The notes under the pieces are model-generated. The model did no database searches, had not been told where the DNA came from, and saw nothing but the letters and a program-made list of their open reading frames with translations. Shown here in pieces: positions 1-9,153 of a DNA stretch of 40,000 nucleotides. The translations under genes were made by a program, and so were the position numbers. How positions within the stretch are numbered: position 1 is the first letter of the stretch; every line of letters starts with the position of its first letter. The stretch lies in NCBI RefSeq assembly GCF_055378805.1, contig NZ_AP041107.1. One strand, written 5' to 3'.

Positions 1-264
1 CTTTTTTTATCGCGTTATTTATTTGCTGCTAAGTATCAGAAATAAGATAAAGGGGCAGGTTATCCCTCGTCAGTTTGATAAACTCACCGCCGTAATTCTC
101 ATATTGATATAGAAATGTGATATCTCTTCCATAATTTCATTAGAAAGTGATAAAAATCTTATGTTTTTATCAAAGCCAATTTCGCCTGAGTTAATATCAT
201 CATGATCTATGAACCATCAACGTCTTCAATGATCGACTTTTAAGTAAGTCTGGAAGGTAAAGCT

Positions 265-2043
265 ATGGAGCTTGCTACTACGCAGTCAGTATTGATGCAA
301 ATTCAACCGACAATTCAGCGTTTTGCCAGAATGCTTGCCAGCGTTTTGCAGCTTGAGGTTGAGATCGTTGATGAAAACTTGTGTCGCGTCGCCGGAACGG
401 GCGCGTATGGGAAGTTTCTTGGTCGCCAGTTGAGCGGCAACTCACGCCTGCTCCGCCACGTCCTGGAAACGAAAACTGAAAAAGTTGTGACACAGTCTCG
501 CTTCGATCCCCTTTGTGAAGGTTGCGATAGTAAAGAAAATTGCCGCGAAAAAGCATTTCTGGGTACGCCTGTCATTTTACAGGATCGTTGTGTTGGGGTG
601 ATAAGTTTGATTGCCGTTACCCACGAGCAACAAGAGCATATCAGTGATAATTTACGCGAATTTTCTGATTATGTTCGCCATATATCCACCATTTTTGTTT
701 CGAAACTTCTGGAGGATCAGGGGCCAGGAGATAACATCAGTAAAATATTCGCGACCATGATCGATAATATGGATCAGGGCGTATTAGTTGTTGATGATGA
801 AAGTCGGGTTCAGTTTGTTAATCAGACTGCCTTAAAAACACTTGGTGTTGTACAAAATAATATTATTGGGAAACCTATCCGTTTCAGACCATTAACATTT
901 GAGAGTAATTTTACCCATGGACATATGCAGCATATTGTTTCGTGGGACGATAAAAGTGAATTAATCATTGGTCAATTGCATAACATTCAGGGCCGACAAT
1001 TATTTTTAATGGCGTTTCACCAATCGCATACCAGTTTTTCTGTAGCAAATGCACCTGATGAACCGCATATTGAACAATTGGTTGGCGAGTGCCGTGTTAT
1101 GCGGCAATTAAAACGACTCATTAGCCGTATTGCACCCAGCCCATCCAGCGTTATGGTGGTTGGTGAAAGCGGCACGGGTAAAGAAGTTGTCGCCCGTGCA
1201 ATCCATAAGTTGAGCGGAAGACGGAATAAACCCTTTATTGCTATCAACTGTGCCGCGATTCCGGAGCAGCTTCTGGAGAGCGAACTGTTCGGTTATGTTA
1301 AAGGCGCATTTACTGGCGCTTCTGCCAACGGTAAAACAGGGTTGATTCAGGCGGCGAATACGGGCACGCTGTTTCTCGATGAAATAGGTGATATGCCATT
1401 AATGTTGCAGGCTAAATTACTGCGCGCTATTGAGGCGCGTGAAATTCTGCCGATTGGTGCCAGTAGCCCAATACAAGTCGACATTCGCATCATTTCTGCA
1501 ACTAACCAGAATTTGGCCCAGTTCATTGCCGAAGGTAAATTCCGCGAAGATCTCTTCTACCGACTTAATGTTATCCCGATAACTCTGCCACCGCTGCGTG
1601 AACGTCAGGAAGATATTGAACTACTGGTGCATTACTTTTTACATCTGCATACCCGTCGTCTGGGATCGGTTTATCCTGGCATTGCTCCCGATGTCGTCGA
1701 AATATTGCGTAAGCATCGTTGGCCCGGAAACCTGCGCGAGTTAAGCAATTTGATGGAATATCTGGTTAACGTTGTTCCTTCAGGTGAAGTTATCGACAGC
1801 ACGCTATTGCCACCAAATCTGCTGAATAATGGCACAACGGAGCAAAGTGATGTAACAGAGGTCAGCGAGGCGCACCTGGCACTCGATGATGCGGGCGGCA
1901 CGGCGCTGGAGGAGATGGAAAAGCAAATGATCCGCGAGGCGCTTTCACGTCATAACAGCAAGAAGCAAGTTGCTGATGAACTGGGCATCGGCATTGCTAC
2001 GCTCTATCGCAAGATTAAGAAATATGAGTTGTTAAACACATAA
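265..2043 (+). CDS. ygeV: Sigma-54-dependent transcriptional regulator YgeV (putative activator of the xdh/purine gene cluster)
   Basis: 592-aa ORF with AAA+ sigma-54 interaction motifs (GESGTGKE Walker A, ELFGYVKGAFTGA, GTLFLDEIGDMP) and a C-terminal Fis-type HTH (SRHNSKKQVADELGIGIATLYRKIKKY). Adjacent to xdh genes as in E. coli. Confidence 0.95.
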   Translation: MELATTQSVLMQIQPTIQRFARMLASVLQLEVEIVDENLCRVAGTGAYGKFLGRQLSGNSRLLRHVLETKTEKVVTQSRFDPLCEGCDSKENCREKAFLGTPVILQDRCVGVISLIAVTHEQQEHISDNLREFSDYVRHISTIFVSKLLEDQGPGDNISKIFATMIDNMDQGVLVVDDESRVQFVNQTALKTLGVVQNNIIGKPIRFRPLTFESNFTHGHMQHIVSWDDKSELIIGQLHNIQGRQLFLMAFHQSHTSFSVANAPDEPHIEQLVGECRVMRQLKRLISRIAPSPSSVMVVGESGTGKEVVARAIHKLSGRRNKPFIAINCAAIPEQLLESELFGYVKGAFTGASANGKTGLIQAANTGTLFLDEIGDMPLMLQAKLLRAIEAREILPIGASSPIQVDIRIISATNQNLAQFIAEGKFREDLFYRLNVIPITLPPLRERQEDIELLVHYFLHLHTRRLGSVYPGIAPDVVEILRKHRWPGNLRELSNLMEYLVNVVPSGEVIDSTLLPPNLLNNGTTEQSDVTEVSEAHLALDDAGGTALEEMEKQMIREALSRHNSKKQVADELGIGIATLYRKIKKYELLNT

Positions 2044-2052
2044 CCTCAGTGA

Positions 2053-2076
2053 ATCCGGCCTGAATTCAGGCCGGAT
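2053..2076. terminator. Perfect 24-bp palindrome between convergent ygeV and xdhC, likely bidirectional terminator
   Basis: ATCCGGCCTGAATTCAGGCCGGAT is its own reverse complement. It sits in the 39-bp gap between the ygeV stop (2041-2043) and xdhC stop (2083), followed on + by a short T run. Confidence 0.55.
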
Positions 2077-2082
2077 ATCCTT

Positions 2083-2562
2083 TTACTTCGTTTTCTCGCA
2101 ATCCAGAACTGTATTTACAATCATCTGATACCCCGTGCAGCGACAAAGATTTCCTGCCAGTCCGCGACGAATTTCCGTAATGGTTAATGGCTTCTCGCGT
2201 GGTTTCGCCAGCATTGCTGTGGTAGCCATAATCAGGCCAGGCGTACAAAACCCGCACTGCACTGCGCCGGATTTCGCATAAGCCTGCTGAACATGAGAAA
2301 GTTTTCCGCCTTTCGCTTCACCTTCCAGCGTGCGGATCTCTTTTCCTTCAGCCCAGGCGGCAAGGTATAAGCAACTGTCTATTGCTGTGCCGTCGACCAG
2401 CACCGTACAGGCACCACATTCACCCACGCAGCACCCTTGTTTGACACTTAGCAGTCCTTGTTCGCGGAGTAATTCCGAGAGCGGCGTGCCTGGTGCGGCG
2501 TGAAGCTGAAAAGGGATCCCGTTAATGGCGCATTCGATGGTAATTGTTTCGCTGTGATTCAT
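2083..2562 (-). CDS. xdhC: Xanthine dehydrogenase-type 2Fe-2S subunit
   Basis: 159 aa. Cysteine patterns [18 protein letters not shown] and CRCTGY are typical of molybdoenzyme 2Fe-2S subunits. 4-bp overlap with xdhB. Confidence 0.95.
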   Translation of the reverse strand: MNHSETITIECAINGIPFQLHAAPGTPLSELLREQGLLSVKQGCCVGECGACTVLVDGTAIDSCLYLAAWAEGKEIRTLEGEAKGGKLSHVQQAYAKSGAVQCGFCTPGLIMATTAMLAKPREKPLTITEIRRGLAGNLCRCTGYQMIVNTVLDCEKTK

Positions 2563-3437
2563 TGCAATTTTCCCCCCGCCGCGGCGACGGCTTCGCTAAT
2601 CACTTTTTTGGTCATCGTCTGGATGAGATGCAGACGAAACTCTTTACTGGCCCGCCATGAAGAACGCGGGGCGACATCTTGCAGGACAGATTCGCTGATA
2701 GCTTCCAGCGTTTGCAGGTTTAATGGCGCATTTTGTGCAGTCTGTTCGGCATGTTGGCAGCGAATCGGCGTTGGCGCGGCAACACCAAATGCCAGACGTA
2801 ATTCGCTGAAATTGCCGTTATCCAGTCGGCAATGTGCGGCGCAGCCAATCGTTGAAATATCCATTGCGTCGCGCATGGCATATTTAAAATGCGCGCTGCC
2901 CGCGTGTTCTTTCGGCTGGGGCGGAAAATGAAAGGCGACAAGGATTTCGTCATGCTCAAGAGACACTTTGCCCGGCCCAGTGTGAAAGCCATTAATCGGG
3001 ACGAAACGAACACCGCGCGGGGAGTGAATCTCCAGTTTCGCGTCATAAATTAGCGTTGGCGTGGCAGAATCTGCGCTGGTAGCACCGTTGCAAATATTTC
3101 CACCGTAGGTAGCGACGTTACGGATCTGCGGTCCGGCAATGGATGAGGCCGCAGCACATAACGCTGGGAGATGACGTTGAGTTACAGGATCTTCAATGAG
3201 CTGGGTAAATGTCGTTGCAGAGCCGATACGTAGTGAGCCATCTTCCGCCAGCGTAATTCCCCGCAGCTCCACCAGATTATGAATATCAACAATATGGCGA
3301 TAACGGTCATTGTGATGGTGGAGCTGAATCAGTACGTCAGTGCCACCGGCGAGCAGTTTGGCCTGCGGGTTGTCAGCCAGCAGGTTGATGGCATCGGCAA
3401 GGGTTGCTGCGCGATGGTAAGAAGCAAAATCAAACAT
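2559..3437 (-). CDS. xdhB: Xanthine dehydrogenase-type FAD-binding subunit
   Basis: 292 aa with FAD-binding motifs ([32 protein letters not shown]). Operonic between xdhA and xdhC. Confidence 0.95.
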   Translation of the reverse strand: MFDFASYHRAATLADAINLLADNPQAKLLAGGTDVLIQLHHHNDRYRHIVDIHNLVELRGITLAEDGSLRIGSATTFTQLIEDPVTQRHLPALCAAASSIAGPQIRNVATYGGNICNGATSADSATPTLIYDAKLEIHSPRGVRFVPINGFHTGPGKVSLEHDEILVAFHFPPQPKEHAGSAHFKYAMRDAMDISTIGCAAHCRLDNGNFSELRLAFGVAAPTPIRCQHAEQTAQNAPLNLQTLEAISESVLQDVAPRSSWRASKEFRLHLIQTMTKKVISEAVAAAGGKLQ

Positions 3438-3447
3438 GATGTTATCC

Positions 3448-5706
3448 TCAAATCAATCCTGCCAGATGGAACTCTTCATATAACCGTTTTGGCGTCAGCG
3501 GCAGTGTATTGATTGCAACACCGGTAGCCATCTTCACCGCGTTACGAATAGCAGCGGCAACAGGAATTATTGGTGGCTCACCCAGTGACTTATGTCCGTA
3601 TGCGGATTGCGGCTCATTGATTTCGACGAACGCGCTTTCCAGTTGTGGCAGATCCGGCATGGTCGGCATTTTGTAATCCAGCAGGTTGGGGTTACGGACC
3701 ACGCCGCTTTTCGCATCAATGATCATCTCTTCAAATAGCGCCCAGCCAATGCCCATTCCCATTCCGCCGTGTACCTGACCTTCTGCCAGTAGCGGATTAA
3801 GAATATGGCCCGAATCATGAACGTTGAGGATGCGGTTGATGGTGACTTTGCACAGCGCAATATCGATCGTCAGATCAACAAAGGTACAGCCAAACGCTGG
3901 TGGGTTAGTGGTGGTTTTGATGGAGCTTTCGGCAGAGAGCTGCCCACCGCGTTCAGGGTGGTAGAAAGCGTCCATCGCCAAATCTTTTAACGACATTAAC
4001 GGCTCTTCCGGTCGTTCAACCAGCACGATATGGCCTTTTATCAAGGTAAGATTCATCGCTGACTGATGTAGCATGACAGCGGCGTGAGCGATGATTTTCT
4101 CTTTTAATAACAGTGCCGCACTGCGCAGCGCGGGCGCGGCAACATAGCTCTGGCGCGAGGCAAATGCACCGGGATCGAACGGCGTAACGTCGGTATCTTG
4201 TGTTGAAATAACGCGAACGTCGCTGACCGGAACCCCCACGGTTTCTGCCACCATTTGCGAGAACACGGTGTCGGCACCCTGGCCGATTTCCGTGGCACCA
4301 CTCTGTACGTTGATGGTTCCATCCTGATTCATCAACAGGCGCGCGCCAGCAATTTCTACGCCGACAGGCCAGGTGTTAGAGGTGTAGCTAAAACAGGCGA
4401 CGCCAACGCCGCGGCGTAAATTGCCTTGCTGGTTCTGGCATTCTGCACGGCGTTTTTCCCATTCAAAGATTTTCCGGCCTTTTTCAAGACACTCCGGCAA
4501 CCCTGCGCTGTAAATACGTTTGCCCGAGAGCGGATTAGCATCTCCTTCGCGGGCGGCGTTGCGTAAACGAATTTCAACAGGATCAATACCTAACGCTGTC
4601 GCGGCGTCATCAAGCATAGACTCAACGGCAAATACGACTTGTGGCGCGCCATAACCACGCATCGCACCAGCCGAGGGGAGGTTGGTATAGCAGGTCTTTG
4701 AACTGTAAGCGTAGGCACAACGAGGATAAAGGTAAGCGACTTTATTCCCCCCTGCAGAAGCGATGGAGTGCCCGTGAGATGCATAAGCGCCGGTGTTAGA
4801 CAGAACATCCAGACTATAACCTTTCAATGTTCCGTCGCGGTTCACGCCCATTTGCCCGTCAATAGTAAAAGCGTGGCGGGTACGGGTTGCGAGGAAACAC
4901 TCTTCACGGCTAAGGGAAACTTTCACCGGAATGCCGCCAAGCTTGCTGGTCAGGAATGCTGCCATTGGCTCTTCCAGTACATCCTGTTTATTACCAAAAC
5001 CGCCACCGACAAACGGTTTGATGACTCGTACGCATGACCAGGGAATATTCAGCGCCTGACCAACCACACGGCGAACAATGTGCGGGATCTGGGTGCTGGA
5101 AACGATGGTAATTCGCGAGTCATCCTCCATCCATGCCAGCGATGTCACGCTTTCCATGTGACAATGTTGAATGACCGGCGTCTGATAGTGCCCCTGTACC
5201 TGGTAGTCGGCGGCATCGATTGTTTGTTGGACATTGCCCGTCGTCATCGTGCTTTGTTTTAGTAAATTGCCGCCATTATGGATTGGTTCAGCGTCATCAG
5301 CCAGCGCCGCTTCTGGGGTGGTGATAACGGGTAATTCTTGCCACTCAATGCTGACCAATTGCGCCGCTTTTTCTGCCGTGAGTTCATCACGGGCCACGAC
5401 GATGGCAACGGCGTCACCATGGTGACGAACATGGCGAGTTAGCAGGGCACGATCGGCGGTATCGCGCTTGTTTTCGTCAAGTGTCCAGGCATGCCCAGCT
5501 GTAGCGAATGGGATATCAGGCACATCTTCCCAGGTAAAAATCGCCAGTACGCCCGGTAAACTTCTGGCTTGTTCATCATTAATACTTACGGCATAACCAT
5601 GTGCGATAGGGCTACGTACATATTTCGCGTAACACATGCCCGCCATAACATAATCGTCAGTATATCGTGCCCGCCCGGTGACCTTAGCAATGGCATCTAC
5701 GCGCAT
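3448..5706 (-). CDS. xdhA: Xanthine dehydrogenase-type molybdenum-binding subunit
   Basis: The ORF track extends to 5745, but Met14 (MRVDAIAKVTGRARYTDDY) gives a 752-aa protein as expected for XdhA. Contains the Moco-binding segments GGGFGNK and RGYGAPQ. Confidence 0.93.
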   Translation of the reverse strand: MRVDAIAKVTGRARYTDDYVMAGMCYAKYVRSPIAHGYAVSINDEQARSLPGVLAIFTWEDVPDIPFATAGHAWTLDENKRDTADRALLTRHVRHHGDAVAIVVARDELTAEKAAQLVSIEWQELPVITTPEAALADDAEPIHNGGNLLKQSTMTTGNVQQTIDAADYQVQGHYQTPVIQHCHMESVTSLAWMEDDSRITIVSSTQIPHIVRRVVGQALNIPWSCVRVIKPFVGGGFGNKQDVLEEPMAAFLTSKLGGIPVKVSLSREECFLATRTRHAFTIDGQMGVNRDGTLKGYSLDVLSNTGAYASHGHSIASAGGNKVAYLYPRCAYAYSSKTCYTNLPSAGAMRGYGAPQVVFAVESMLDDAATALGIDPVEIRLRNAAREGDANPLSGKRIYSAGLPECLEKGRKIFEWEKRRAECQNQQGNLRRGVGVACFSYTSNTWPVGVEIAGARLLMNQDGTINVQSGATEIGQGADTVFSQMVAETVGVPVSDVRVISTQDTDVTPFDPGAFASRQSYVAAPALRSAALLLKEKIIAHAAVMLHQSAMNLTLIKGHIVLVERPEEPLMSLKDLAMDAFYHPERGGQLSAESSIKTTTNPPAFGCTFVDLTIDIALCKVTINRILNVHDSGHILNPLLAEGQVHGGMGMGIGWALFEEMIIDAKSGVVRNPNLLDYKMPTMPDLPQLESAFVEINEPQSAYGHKSLGEPPIIPVAAAIRNAVKMATGVAINTLPLTPKRLYEEFHLAGLI

Positions 5707-5800
5707 GCATGATTCACCTGTAGCGGTTGCTTCCCGCGCTTCCATAGAAATCCCCTCGATTTGAACATTTGGTTCTTATGGCAAAGATTTAGTCTAAGCA

Positions 5801-5816
5801 GGCAAGATTTACGCCA
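5801..5816 (-). promoter_or_regulatory. Candidate sigma-54 promoter for xdhABC
   Basis: Minus-strand TGGCGTAAATCTTGCC matches the TGGC-N7-TTGC core spacing of sigma-54 promoters and lies about 95 bp upstream of the xdhA start, next to a sigma-54 activator gene. Confidence 0.5.
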
Positions 5817-6160
5817 GAAACGACGATAAGCGTTAAGGGAGGAAGGAAGTGTGATGATGTTAAAAAAACACAGATATGATACGAAACAGGACCCTGAATA
5901 GGGGCAGTGATACGTATCAATATGAGTGGCGATAAAATCAATGTGATAAATCAGGATTATTACGCATCAGGATGGGAAATAGGGTAAAAAAGTCAGGAAA
6001 TTCGATACCTCTGCAGCGAATATTTTGCTGATGATACTTCCCTTTGCCAAATGAAATTAACCTCTTTCTCTATTACCGCGTTTTTCCAGAAGCAAGAGAT
6101 TGGGTATCCAGAGGCTGGCTGCTATGATATGGCGTCTTGTTTTTTAAGCGAGGAAAGATT

Positions 6161-6913
6161 TTGAGTGCGGGACGCCTGAATAAAAAATCTCTGGGTATCG
6201 TGATGTTGTTATCGGTTGGACTGCTTTTGGCGGGCTGCTCGGGTAGCAAATCATCCGATACAGGAACGTATTCCGGCTCCGTTTACACCGTGAAACGGGG
6301 GGATACGCTATATCGTATTTCGCGCACCACGGGAACCAGCGTAAAAGAGCTGGCGCGACTGAACGGCATTTCCCCCCCTTACACCATTGAAGTTGGTCAG
6401 AAACTAAAACTGGGTGGGGCGAAAAGTAGCAGTACACGTAAATCAACCGCCAAATCAACGACCAAAACCGCATCGGTTACACCGTCATCAGCAGTACCGA
6501 AATCTTCCTGGCCGCCAGTAGGGCAACGTTGTTGGTTATGGCCAACGACAGGGAAAGTTATCATGCCGTATTCGACAGCTGATGGCGGCAATAAAGGGAT
6601 TGATATCTCAGCTCCACGGGGTACACCTATTTACGCCGCGGGTGCAGGAAAGGTGGTGTATGTGGGCAACCAGCTGCGTGGCTACGGTAATCTCATCATG
6701 ATTAAACACAGTGAAGATTACATTACGGCTTACGCCCATAATGACACGATGCTGGTAAATAATGGGCAAAGCGTGAAGGCTGGGCAAAAAATCGCCACTA
6801 TGGGGAGCACTGATGCGGCATCGGTTCGCCTGCATTTCCAGATTCGTTACCGTGCTACGGCAATTGATCCGCTGCGTTACTTGCCGCCTCAGGGCAGCAA
6901 GCCAAAATGCTGA
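6161..6913 (+). CDS. ygeR: LysM + LytM (M23-like) lipoprotein YgeR/ActS, amidase activator type
   Basis: Lipobox LLLAGC, a LysM domain (YTVKRGDTLYRISRTTGTSVKELARLNGI), and a C-terminal degenerate M23/LytM domain. Likely TTG start at 6161 giving 250-251 aa; the track starts at 6137. Confidence 0.9.
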   Translation: MSAGRLNKKSLGIVMLLSVGLLLAGCSGSKSSDTGTYSGSVYTVKRGDTLYRISRTTGTSVKELARLNGISPPYTIEVGQKLKLGGAKSSSTRKSTAKSTTKTASVTPSSAVPKSSWPPVGQRCWLWPTTGKVIMPYSTADGGNKGIDISAPRGTPIYAAGAGKVVYVGNQLRGYGNLIMIKHSEDYITAYAHNDTMLVNNGQSVKAGQKIATMGSTDAASVRLHFQIRYRATAIDPLRYLPPQGSKPKC

Positions 6914-6946
6914 TGGCGAATTAATCAGCAGTCAGCAGCGCGGCAC

Positions 6947-6974
6947 TTGCTAAGGAGAGCGTAAGGTTTATAAT
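6947..6974 (+). promoter_or_regulatory. Candidate sigma-70 promoter for glyU
   Basis: TTGCTA (6947-6952), 16-bp spacer, TATAAT (6969-6974), 17 bp upstream of the tRNA. Confidence 0.5.
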
Positions 6975-6991
6975 GCCTTACGCATCTCGAA

Positions 6992-7065
6992 GCGGGCGTA
7001 GTTCAATGGTAGAACGAGAGCTTCCCAAGCTCTATACGAGGGTTCGATTCCCTTCGCCCGCTCCA
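6992..7065 (+). tRNA. glyU: tRNA-Gly, anticodon CCC
   Basis: GCGGGCGTAGTTCAATGGTAGAACGAGAGCTTCCCAAGCTCTATACGAGGGTTCGATTCCCTTCGCCCGCTCCA folds as a cloverleaf. 7-bp acceptor stem GCGGGCG/CGCCCGC, encoded CCA, anticodon loop CTTCCCAAG. Confidence 0.97.
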
Positions 7066-7297
7066 ATTTATCTTCACCTCATCAACCTGCCATTTTTGTT
7101 GTATCTGATTTTCTATATTATCTTAATTCAATCGCTTCAGACTTTTCGCAATCGCCGTAATACTTCCCCATTTTTTTGTAAATAAAAGCGTTTACGCAAT
7201 GCAATCCATTTGTAACAACCCAGGTAAAATACCTTATTTTCAAGTTGTTAAATAAGTGGTTATCTACGCTTTTAACAAACGATTGATGGAATCTTTT

Positions 7298-8908
7298 ATG
7301 AAAGGGAAATCTACATTAACTCTTCTGCTCGCTGGTATATTTTCATGCTGCACATGCCAGGCGACAGGGGCAGAAGTGACGAGTGAATCTGTATTTAACA
7401 TTCTTAATTCCACGGGGGCAGCAACTGATAAAAGTTATTTATCGTTAAATCCAGATAAGTATCCTAATTATCGTCTTCTGATTCACTCAGCCAAATTAAA
7501 AAATGAAATAAAGAGCCACTATACCAAAGACGAAATTCAAGGATTGTTAACATTAACAGAAAATACACGAAAGTTAACGTTGACGGAGAAACCATGGGGA
7601 ACATTTATTCTTGCTTCTACTTTCGAAGATGACAAAACAGCGGCAGAAACCCACTATGATGCTGTCTGGCTGAGGGATAGTTTATGGGGCTATATGGCAT
7701 TAGTATCAGATCAGGAAAATAGTGTAGCCGCAAAAAAGGTTCTGCTCACTCTGTGGGATTATATGTCTACGCCAGACCAGATTAAACGGATGCAGGACGT
7801 CATTAGCAACCCAAAACGACTGGATGGTATTCCTGGGCAAATGAATGCTGTGCATATCCGATTTGACAGCAACTCCCCCGTGATGGCAGATGTGCAGGAA
7901 GAAGGCAAGCCGCAGCTGTGGAACCATAAACAAAATGATGCGTTAGGTCTTTATCTTGATCTCCTTATACAAGCAATCGACACTGGTACTATTAACGCTG
8001 AAGATTGGCAAAAAGGTGACCGATTAAAATCGGTTGCGCTGCTGATTGCTTATCTGGATAAAGCCAATTTCTATGTTATGGAAGATTCCGGAGCGTGGGA
8101 AGAAGATGCCAGATTAAACACATCTTCCGTTGCACTGGTGACCTCTGGACTGGAACGTTTGTCGAACTTACTCTCGAAGAAAGACTCTGTTTTTGTCTCT
8201 GATTTACTACGCGAAGCTAAAGCTAATGAACTGGATGAACCACTTTCAACAACGAGGTTGAACCACCTCATAGATAAAGGTTATGAAAGAATAACGTTAC
8301 AGCTTGATTTAGGGGGAGAATCCCCAGGTTATCTGGAAAAAGATAAACATTACAGAGAAGCCGATGCGGCTTTACTTAATGTTATTTATCCTGCAAATCT
8401 TTCAAAGATAAATACCAGAAGAAAAGAGCAAGTTCTAAAAATAGTTAAAAAACTAGCAGGTCCGTATGGTATAAAAAGATACGAGAAGGATAATTATCAG
8501 TCGGCAAATTTTTGGTTCAATGATATTAAAACCGATACCGATCAAAATTCACATGCAAAAAGAGAAATGAGCTTCATTCCATCAACAGAAGCAGAATGGT
8601 TTTTTGACTCATGGTATGCAAAATCAGCAGCAATTGTTTATAAAGAATCAAGAAAAGAAGAGTATTTGAATGACTCAGTGCAATTTATGAATAGATCATT
8701 GGCCCAAATAACAGGCGAGAATATGATTGGTGCAAATGGCAGGAGCGTACCTGAAATGGCACTTCCCGAAAGCTATAACTATATCCACAAGTCAGGAACT
8801 TTGCATGAAGCGCCAAGCCCTATCATTCCGCTAAACTGGTCGAAAGCCTCAATGACTCTTATGTTGAAAGAAATGTCCAATCTTATCAATGATGAGGGAA
8901 TTAAATAG
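7298..8908 (+). CDS. Exported glycosidase-like protein ((alpha/alpha)6 barrel, glucoamylase/phosphorylase-kinase-like)
   Basis: ~536 aa with an N-terminal signal peptide (MKGKSTLTLLLAGIFSCCTCQATGA). Motifs YDAVWLRDSLWGYMAL, WNHKQNDALGLYLDLL, GAWEEDARLNTSSVALVTSGLERL and ALPESYNYIHKSGTLHEAPSPIIPLNWSKA are typical of GH15-like catalytic barrels. Confidence 0.65.
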   Translation: MKGKSTLTLLLAGIFSCCTCQATGAEVTSESVFNILNSTGAATDKSYLSLNPDKYPNYRLLIHSAKLKNEIKSHYTKDEIQGLLTLTENTRKLTLTEKPWGTFILASTFEDDKTAAETHYDAVWLRDSLWGYMALVSDQENSVAAKKVLLTLWDYMSTPDQIKRMQDVISNPKRLDGIPGQMNAVHIRFDSNSPVMADVQEEGKPQLWNHKQNDALGLYLDLLIQAIDTGTINAEDWQKGDRLKSVALLIAYLDKANFYVMEDSGAWEEDARLNTSSVALVTSGLERLSNLLSKKDSVFVSDLLREAKANELDEPLSTTRLNHLIDKGYERITLQLDLGGESPGYLEKDKHYREADAALLNVIYPANLSKINTRRKEQVLKIVKKLAGPYGIKRYEKDNYQSANFWFNDIKTDTDQNSHAKREMSFIPSTEAEWFFDSWYAKSAAIVYKESRKEEYLNDSVQFMNRSLAQITGENMIGANGRSVPEMALPESYNYIHKSGTLHEAPSPIIPLNWSKASMTLMLKEMSNLINDEGIK

Positions 8909-8920
8909 TTTTCATAATGA

Positions 8921-8946
8921 AGCGGTCCTGGATTAAAAGGACCGCT
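8921..8946. other. Hairpin (8-bp stem, 10-nt loop) between the glycosidase-like gene and the small membrane ORF
   Basis: AGCGGTCC-TGGATTAAAA-GGACCGCT, with no T tract following on +. Confidence 0.5.
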
Positions 8947-8973
8947 CAAAGAGAAATCGTAAGGGAGGTAAAA

Positions 8974-9153
8974 GTGATCAATAAATTACTGTTAGCTTAC
9001 CTGATAGGTCTGGTTGTGACATCGACCTTAATATTTATCTTCTCGGAAGAAAAAGTAACATATCGGTTGTTTGCTGCAGTAATTACAGGGTTGACATGGC
9101 CGCTTAGCCTCATTCCATCCATCATAAGTCTCATGATTCGTAAATCCGACTAA
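8974..9153 (+). CDS. Small two-TM membrane protein, GhoT/OrtT-like
   Basis: A GTG start preceded by a strong SD (AAGGGAGGTAAAAGTG) gives 59 aa: VINKLLLAYLIGLVVTSTLIFIFSEEKVTYRLFAAVITGLTWPLSLIPSIISLMIRKSD. The EK..xRL.xAxxxGxTWPxSL core resembles GhoT/OrtT toxins. Confidence 0.6.
   Translation: MINKLLLAYLIGLVVTSTLIFIFSEEKVTYRLFAAVITGLTWPLSLIPSIISLMIRKSD

Noticed and set aside
2500-5425. Numerous + and - strand ORFs overlapping xdhB/xdhC/xdhA (for example 2500..2931 +, 3805..3990 +, 4768..5037 +)
   Set aside because: Antisense or alternate-frame shadows of conserved molybdoenzyme genes with no RBS or recognisable domain.
6973-7185. 70-aa ORF MPYASRSGRSSMVERELPKLYTRVRFPSPAP...
   Set aside because: It is the translation of the tRNA-Gly gene and its flanks, a classic spurious ORF.
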